A stretch of 64,000 nucleotides of DNA from an uncultured virus (IMG/VR IMGVR_UViG_3300017763_003471) (lineage: Duplodnaviria; Heunggongvirae; Uroviricota; Caudoviricetes): the IMG/VR virus record IMGVR_UViG_3300017763_003471, positions 62,001-126,000 of that record; one strand, given 5' to 3'. This document shows positions 58,391 through 64,000 of this stretch, piece after piece. Within the stretch, counting starts at the first letter, position 1. Each line of letters begins with the position of its first letter. The notes beneath the pieces were generated by a model. The model searched no databases. It saw only the letters and a list, made by a program, of their open reading frames with translations, and was not told where the DNA came from. The translations under genes and the position numbers were made by a program.

Positions 58391-58714
58391 TTATGAACCT
58401 ACTGTCAACTCAACAAAGTCGCCTTCGTAGTTATATTCAAGTTGTTCAACATAAACGCCCCAATACCCACAAGCATCCATAAGATGTTGTGAAGCCTTAA
58501 GAACAGAAGGAACATCCCATTCACCGTTAACAACTTTAATTTTATGACCTGATGCCCATTGCATCATAAAGAAATCATCAGTATTCAAACGATAGTCAGC
58601 CATATCAGTTCGCAATTCATATTCACCATCAGGGATACTCATTGCTTTTTTGGATTCACAATCGAATACCATACGATTTTCGTTAAGATTTGAATAGATT
58701 GTTTCGTTTGTCAT
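58391..58714 (-). CDS. Hypothetical early protein
   Basis: First gene after promoter 58746-58774. Confidence 0.6.
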   Translation of the reverse strand: MTNETIYSNLNENRMVFDCESKKAMSIPDGEYELRTDMADYRLNTDDFFMMQWASGHKIKVVNGEWDVPSVLKASQHLMDACGYWGVYVEQLEYNYEGDFVELTVGS

Positions 58715-58745
58715 AGTGATTCTCTTTCTCTCTGATTACTTAATT

Positions 58746-58774
58746 AATATAGCACGATTCGTGATATTGTCAAG
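58746..58774 (-). promoter_or_regulatory. Sigma70-type early promoter with GANTC box (identical to 7875-7903)
   Basis: CTTGACA-ATATCA-CGAATCGTGC-TATATT. Confidence 0.75.
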
Positions 58775-58776
58775 TT

Positions 58777-58938
58777 TTATATAGCAAGTATTAACTTCAT
58801 TTCGTTAACAATATCTTTGTATGTTTGGATCTTTTTTTCAATCGCATACTTTTTCATTTTTACTGATGAAGTGTTACCAGCAAAAGTAGTTAGATATTTT
58901 TCTAACTTTTTGATTTCGTTTTCGTATTGTTCTATCAT
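58777..58938 (-). CDS. Small early protein (53 aa)
   Basis: MIEQYENEIKKLEKYL... between two early promoters. Confidence 0.55.
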   Translation of the reverse strand: MIEQYENEIKKLEKYLTTFAGNTSSVKMKKYAIEKKIQTYKDIVNEMKLILAI

Positions 58939-58963
58939 TTTTCTCTCTCTTGATTATGTATTT

Positions 58964-58992
58964 AATATAACACGATTCGGGGATTTGTCAAG
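58964..58992 (-). promoter_or_regulatory. Sigma70-type early promoter with GANTC box
   Basis: CTTGACA-AATCCC-CGAATCGTGT-TATATT. Confidence 0.75.
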
Positions 58993-59866
58993 TTTTTAAG
59001 AACGTTTTTGCGATAATATCTTGGTATTTTATTCCAGGGTGACACGTAGGATTACTAATGTTATTTACGTCCCTGCCCCAATCTTTTAGGTGTGATAAAT
59101 CTTTAAAATCAGATTGTTTTATCTTTAAGGCCATAAGCATTTTACTATCCCAATCATCTGAAAAGTTTTTATCTATGATATTGGATAATCGTTTTGTTTC
59201 TACATTATGATAATTACATAATTCTTTTATGTTATTATTAATTTCATTATAGTTATTGAGTGATAAAAACTCATCTTGTATTTGTCTATAATCTTTTTTA
59301 CCTACTCCATGAATTTTAGAAAGTTCATGTCCATCAGCTAAAAGTCTAGCATGAATCAAAATGTATTTGTCGTTAAATCTGTATTCAAATCTACCAGGCC
59401 ACCAACCTAACATATATATTTTACTAGGTTTATATGTCGCATTCTCTAACCATGCTTTCATTATTCTGTGTGCAGTAAAAGGACCCCCACCACCTACACC
59501 AAAATTCTTTACAGTAATTCCTGTTTCTTGTTCAATACGAGCAGGCCAAGAATATTCAGCAGGTACACCCATACCTTCAGTCCAACTACAACCAAAACAC
59601 CATATTTCATTTTCAGAATTTTCTAATTCATATTCTCTGTTTTTGTAATCTCTGAAACCGTAAGAGTTTTTAGTATAACCAAAATTTAAAAATCTGTCTA
59701 ATGTATATCCAAGTTGGTTTATACTAAATGAGTCAGACAGTGAATCATCATTTCTCATATGATCCACCATTACCTTTTCACTATCGTCAAAGTACTTTGT
59801 GTCGATATATGATTTAAGACCAGTAGATGTTAATTCTATGTTAATCGTCACGTTCGCCATATCCAT
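58988..59866 (-). CDS. SGNH-hydrolase-like protein
   Basis: NSYGFRD, WCFGCSWTEG, NFGVGG, CHPG. Confidence 0.6.
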   Translation of the reverse strand: MDMANVTINIELTSTGLKSYIDTKYFDDSEKVMVDHMRNDDSLSDSFSINQLGYTLDRFLNFGYTKNSYGFRDYKNREYELENSENEIWCFGCSWTEGMGVPAEYSWPARIEQETGITVKNFGVGGGGPFTAHRIMKAWLENATYKPSKIYMLGWWPGRFEYRFNDKYILIHARLLADGHELSKIHGVGKKDYRQIQDEFLSLNNYNEINNNIKELCNYHNVETKRLSNIIDKNFSDDWDSKMLMALKIKQSDFKDLSHLKDWGRDVNNISNPTCHPGIKYQDIIAKTFLKT

Positions 59867-60980
59867 AATCGATAACAACTGGAAATCTTGGAATACCATC
59901 ATTTGATAATTCAAAGTATCTACAAGTAGCCCAATTAGGAGTTTCAGCATTTAGAAGTTCTTTTAGTTTTGCTTGTGAACCTCTGATACCTGAACTAAAC
60001 TGAGTACCATTAGAAAGTTGAAGATTAAATCTTTTTGCATAACCTGACCAGTTACCATTTCCTTCTTCAACACTTACTACTTTAAATTCTTCTGTAATGA
60101 ATTCTTTTCTCTTTAAAAGATTTTTACTTCTCTTACATTCGTAAGCAGAATTTTGTCTTACCATTTGACCTTCATAACCTGCTTCTGTGTACTCACCATA
60201 CATCTTATCGATATCGGCAGTAGTATCAGTTTTAGCAGTTTCAACAATAACAATCTTACCAAGACCGTCAAGGTAATTACCTTCTACTGGTAAATGCTTT
60301 ACTAAGAAATACATTCTATCAATGAAAGGCATATCAGGATTATCGGCATCAAACATATCATAAATGTGATACTCAACTAATTCTGCACTCTCGGCTATTT
60401 CTTCTGGTCTACACTTTACTTTTCTAACAAGTGAAACAATCTTTTGAAAATCTGATTTAAGTTCGTGATTGTATAGTTCACCGTCAAGTGTAATATTAGG
60501 ATAATCTTTAACAAAGTTTTCTAATGCCTCTGCAATATGAGGACAACTATTAATAGGCTTACCACTTCTTGAATTCATACCATGTTTATTAACTAAACAT
60601 CTGATACCATCTAGTTTCGGTTGTGTGTAACCGCTAGTAACTGGCTTCTTTGTAAAATCATTAGCTAACATAGGTTTGAATAGTTCGTAACTATCAACAT
60701 CATCTATGTTTTCAAAATATTCTTTATCTGCTTTTTGGTCCCAACTAGATTGTGCTTCTGAGATAGCTTGGGTCTTAGCAGTTGTTCCGTTTGCTTTACC
60801 AACATTTTTAGCAATAGATAAATTCCATTCGCTAGTGACTTTCTGGCCATCAATTAATCCGGCAATAGTTCTAGTACCAGCAACATCATCAGAATCAAAA
60901 CCGTATTCTACAGTCCAAATTCTTAATTTGCCTTTTGTATCTCTCTTATATAGACTTGCTAAACTTGTGATATTTTGCAT
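59841..60980 (-). CDS. ATP-dependent DNA ligase
   Basis: KPMLA, QPKLDGIR, LDGELY, YHIYD, GYEGQMVR, LLKRK, PRFP. Confidence 0.92.
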   Translation of the reverse strand: MQNITSLASLYKRDTKGKLRIWTVEYGFDSDDVAGTRTIAGLIDGQKVTSEWNLSIAKNVGKANGTTAKTQAISEAQSSWDQKADKEYFENIDDVDSYELFKPMLANDFTKKPVTSGYTQPKLDGIRCLVNKHGMNSRSGKPINSCPHIAEALENFVKDYPNITLDGELYNHELKSDFQKIVSLVRKVKCRPEEIAESAELVEYHIYDMFDADNPDMPFIDRMYFLVKHLPVEGNYLDGLGKIVIVETAKTDTTADIDKMYGEYTEAGYEGQMVRQNSAYECKRSKNLLKRKEFITEEFKVVSVEEGNGNWSGYAKRFNLQLSNGTQFSSGIRGSQAKLKELLNAETPNWATCRYFELSNDGIPRFPVVIDYGYGERDD

Positions 60981-61004
60981 ACATTTTCTCCTGATTATGT
61001 ATAT

Positions 61005-61033
61005 ATAATAACACTAAATGCTATTTTGTCAAG
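61005..61033 (-). promoter_or_regulatory. Sigma70-type promoter for ligase (no GANTC)
   Basis: TTGACA-N16-TATTAT with TG extension. Confidence 0.55.
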
Positions 61034-61452
61034 TTTTTTGCTTTTAATTTCTTGGATTTTTTAGCCGCGACCTGCTTTTCTTCCTTACGATAAGCAGTGA
61101 GCATAGTTTCTTGTAAGTCAAATGCTTCCACTTCCCATGCACGTTCTAAATATGGAGTATCTGAACACTCAAATAATGGGTGTTCTTTTCGTACATCTTG
61201 CTTAATATGAACAAATTCGTGGAAAACACTAGTTAGAATATCGTCTTCTTTAAGACCTCGTCTAATTCGCATGATATATTCACGATATTCGTCACCGCTA
61301 ACTACATCAGCATCACATTTGATATTCTTTTTGAGTTCGATATCTACTTCTATATGCTTGTGTCGAGGTAGAAGATAATCCTTGGCAAACCATAAGGCCT
61401 TTATTACCAATTCTTTCTCTGACTTTTTCCCGCCTTTTATAGAATAGTACAT
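61021..61452 (-). CDS. HExxH zinc-metallopeptidase-like protein
   Basis: VFHEFVHIKQ...PYLERAWEVEA. Confidence 0.65.
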   Translation of the reverse strand: MYYSIKGGKKSEKELVIKALWFAKDYLLPRHKHIEVDIELKKNIKCDADVVSGDEYREYIMRIRRGLKEDDILTSVFHEFVHIKQDVRKEHPLFECSDTPYLERAWEVEAFDLQETMLTAYRKEEKQVAAKKSKKLKAKNLTK

Positions 61453-61534
61453 ATTTCTCTCTCATCAATATTTATCGGATATTCTTAGGATTAAGTGCGT
61501 AGATTATTGTGATTTTTCTTCGCAGTATGTATAT

Positions 61535-61563
61535 ACTATAACACGATTCGTGAATCTGTCAAG
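61535..61563 (-). promoter_or_regulatory. Sigma70-type early promoter with two GANTC sites
   Basis: CTTGACA-GATTCA-CGAATCGTGT-TATAGT. Confidence 0.7.
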
Positions 61564-61564
61564 T

Positions 61565-62047
61565 TTATGTAGTGTATTCGAAATTCTGAGTATTGTCGTT
61601 GATACCAATTTGCTTTGCACCATTACTGATATGAAAGTGTGTAGCCATTGGTGTGAGAGGAGATAATGTAACCACTCTATTGATTCCTCTATCTTTAGCA
61701 TAAGAAATCATTTTGTTAACTATCTCTTTACCAGCACCTCTTTTTCTTGACCATACTGTATATGCAATAGCAACTTTTTCATCTTTTTTTAAATATGCAA
61801 GTTCACTCATCATATCTAATTCTCTTACACTTGTTGGAACGTCATTCGTATATGCAATACAAATAATTGCTTCAATATTATTCTCGTATTGTAATCCGTA
61901 AATTTTACGCCCATTTGTAATTCGCCAGCCCAAAGTTAACTCAGGCCTAACTGGATCTTCGGATACATCTATATCATCTAACTCTACTAATTCTGTTCCT
62001 TTGACCCATCTAAAATAATCATTGATTTTATCTTTTACAATTTTCAC
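61565..62047 (-). CDS. GNAT-like phage protein
   Basis: AYTVWSRKRGAGKEI, VVTLSP, FHISNGA. Confidence 0.55.
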   Translation of the reverse strand: MKIVKDKINDYFRWVKGTELVELDDIDVSEDPVRPELTLGWRITNGRKIYGLQYENNIEAIICIAYTNDVPTSVRELDMMSELAYLKKDEKVAIAYTVWSRKRGAGKEIVNKMISYAKDRGINRVVTLSPLTPMATHFHISNGAKQIGINDNTQNFEYTT

Positions 62048-62058
62048 AATCTATCTCA

Positions 62059-62955
62059 TTAATCAAACAGACTACCAAAGGCATCTGCTTGGTTAGGGTT
62101 AATACGCAACTGCTTTGGATAACCAGTTCTTTCTTTTTTGATTATCTGCGTCCATTTGGCTTTGTCACTTGGTAAATTATACTTCTTTGCAATATAATCA
62201 TCACGCATCTTTTCATCGTCTTTGCGTGTTTCTGTATCGCTCCAAGTTGATCCAGCAGTCATTTCTTTTAACATAATGTTACGTAACATATATGTTCCTT
62301 TATTTGCCATCACACATGACATAATAAATTCATCGTCTTCACCACCTAGTATAGGTTTCGTACCCCATGGATGAACATTGAAGTATTCGTCCATCATTAA
62401 TCTTTCTTTATTGTTTCTAAGAAAGAAAAGTGTACCTTTCATATGAGTAAGTTTTCTATCGAATACAAACTCTGTATTCCAGTCTACATCTTTGTAATCG
62501 TTATCTACTCCATTAAACTTGTCATAAAACGCCCCATCACCCGGTCTTTGGTCGTTGTGCGGTGCGAATAACGTAATGTCTTTAAACTTTCCCGGACTTT
62601 TACGAAAGATATCACAAATGTTGATATGAGTGTGAGGGAAATTAGGGTGAAGATTAAGAATTGCATCGCTATCTGCAAAAATAGCCCACTCATCTCCGGT
62701 GTCATAGAAGTGATTGAATAATATATTTCTTGCACTTGCAGGAGGAGTAGGAACATCAAGCCTGTCAATATAATGAACCCTATCGTTATCCCAATACTCA
62801 ACTTCATCAAAGTCCATAGCGAGTATTCTAATTTCAATTTCTTTATCATAATTTAACCACCAATCTATTTGTTTATTATGATTATCACTTCTTTTCTGCC
62901 TTGTCTCTGTATTAGCACGATGTCCGTGATACGCAATTATGTAAATCGCTTTCAT
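62059..62955 (-). CDS. Possible GT-A glycosyltransferase-like protein
   Basis: ASARN, AIFADSD (DxD), GEDDEF. Confidence 0.45.
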   Translation of the reverse strand: MKAIYIIAYHGHRANTETRQKRSDNHNKQIDWWLNYDKEIEIRILAMDFDEVEYWDNDRVHYIDRLDVPTPPASARNILFNHFYDTGDEWAIFADSDAILNLHPNFPHTHINICDIFRKSPGKFKDITLFAPHNDQRPGDGAFYDKFNGVDNDYKDVDWNTEFVFDRKLTHMKGTLFFLRNNKERLMMDEYFNVHPWGTKPILGGEDDEFIMSCVMANKGTYMLRNIMLKEMTAGSTWSDTETRKDDEKMRDDYIAKKYNLPSDKAKWTQIIKKERTGYPKQLRINPNQADAFGSLFD

Positions 62956-64000
62956 TATTTTATACCTATTAACATAAATCTATTATACCTATCGCAATCC
63001 TTAGTTCCTAAGAATAGTACTTTAGACATAGTATACTTTTTCTCTAACTCTGTCAAGTCCTTAACTGTGTTTATGTGTTCGTCTATTTCATGAAAATCGT
63101 TTGTTTGTATTGCTACTGTAGTACCTGGCTTAATTTTATTAAACCATTCTTCTGTCATATGCTCTGCACTTGTATTAATAACTAAATCATGCTTATCATA
63201 ATCATAACTATTTGCATCTGCTACTAAACCTGTGTATGTATCATTATACTTGTTCAATGCTTTACTAAATTTTATTGCTTGTTCATCAACATCTATATTA
63301 GTTACTTTATGCATTACGTTTTTCTTAACTGACCAAAAACTTGATATACCTAACCAACCACCTACAAATACTGCATCTTTAAATCTAGTGTCTAGTTTTA
63401 TTAAATTTTCTATTAACCATATTTTACTTTCTACTTGATAATTAGAATGAGCATCAATGTAGTTACAATCTGGTGCTTCTTTTACTGCACCCATCAACAT
63501 ACCAAAATAAGGATCTTGTTCACTTCCAAAGTATTCAAACATGAAATGTACACATCTTTCTGGATTGAATCTGTTCTTCGATCCACTATAAAGATATTGT
63601 AAAAACATTTGTAAATTTTCTGACTTATATTTCTTATCCCATATAAGTTTTTCAACTGCATTATAAATATTTTGTTGATGGTCTTTATTAGAATCCATAA
63701 CTGCAAGTCGCATCAAATCTATATCATCTGCATCTGGATGATTTACCCATTCAGCATATCGTTGAATACCATTTAGCATATATCTACCATCAGGGTATGT
63801 TGTATCGAATTCAACTATAGGCTGTGGTTTCCAATTCTTTCTTTGTTTGAACCAAGTGTTCAACCATTTCCAATTATTAATTCTGTGTAACTTATCACCT
63901 TTACCTACATTTACAGTACCGTAGTTTTCTCCCATGATAGAACCTGATAAGATTTCTGCACGAAAACCTACATCTTCTAATGGGTTCTTCCACTCTGATA
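62955..64000 (-). CDS. Protein with C-terminal class I SAM-dependent methyltransferase-like domain (5' end beyond window)
   Basis: SKIWL, FVGGWLG, NIDVD, LVINTSAEH, QTND, RFMLIG; frame stays open to position 64000. Confidence 0.7.
   Translation of the reverse strand, partial: SEWKNPLEDVGFRAEILSGSIMGENYGTVNVGKGDKLHRINNWKWLNTWFKQRKNWKPQPIVEFDTTYPDGRYMLNGIQRYAEWVNHPDADDIDLMRLAVMDSNKDHQQNIYNAVEKLIWDKKYKSENLQMFLQYLYSGSKNRFNPERCVHFMFEYFGSEQDPYFGMLMGAVKEAPDCNYIDAHSNYQVESKIWLIENLIKLDTRFKDAVFVGGWLGISSFWSVKKNVMHKVTNIDVDEQAIKFSKALNKYNDTYTGLVADANSYDYDKHDLVINTSAEHMTEEWFNKIKPGTTVAIQTNDFHEIDEHINTVKDLTELEKKYTMSKVLFLGTKDCDRYNRFMLIGIK

Overview
AT-rich, densely coded 64-kb segment of a large, probably marine, T4-like/jumbo myophage. 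The host is probably an alphaproteobacterium (inference from promoter GANTC sites, the CCA-enzyme type and pseudoazurin). Phage evidence: a gp44-like clamp loader, an ATP-dependent DNA ligase, PhoH, an overlapping spanin pair, very large Gly/Thr-rich fibre-like proteins, T4-like late promoters (G/T)ATAAATA, and 9 tRNA genes that all encode CCA. Host-like genes include IscU, two IscA/ErpA, an HscB-like protein, ACP, ClpA, IF-1, Smr, pseudoazurin, DoxX, a Na+/solute symporter, an ExbB/MotA-like protein and an MscS-like protein. A plus-strand island encodes tailoring enzymes, and a second plus-strand locus encodes exported Cys-repeat proteins. Two highlights. (1) A late operon of three MRLx(E/D)-initiating proteins punctuated by prohead-protease-like xxE sites; its 1216-aa member fuses ParB/Srx, Mesh1-like HD hydrolase, CCA-adding enzyme and HAD phosphatase domains, a candidate virion-delivered tRNA-end repair/anti-defence polyprotein. 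(2) Five sigma70-type promoters carry a fixed-position CGATTCG (CcrM GANTC / GcrA YGAKTCG) site in the -35/-10 spacer, suggesting methylation-coupled early transcription. All calls come from motif reading only; no database searches were run.
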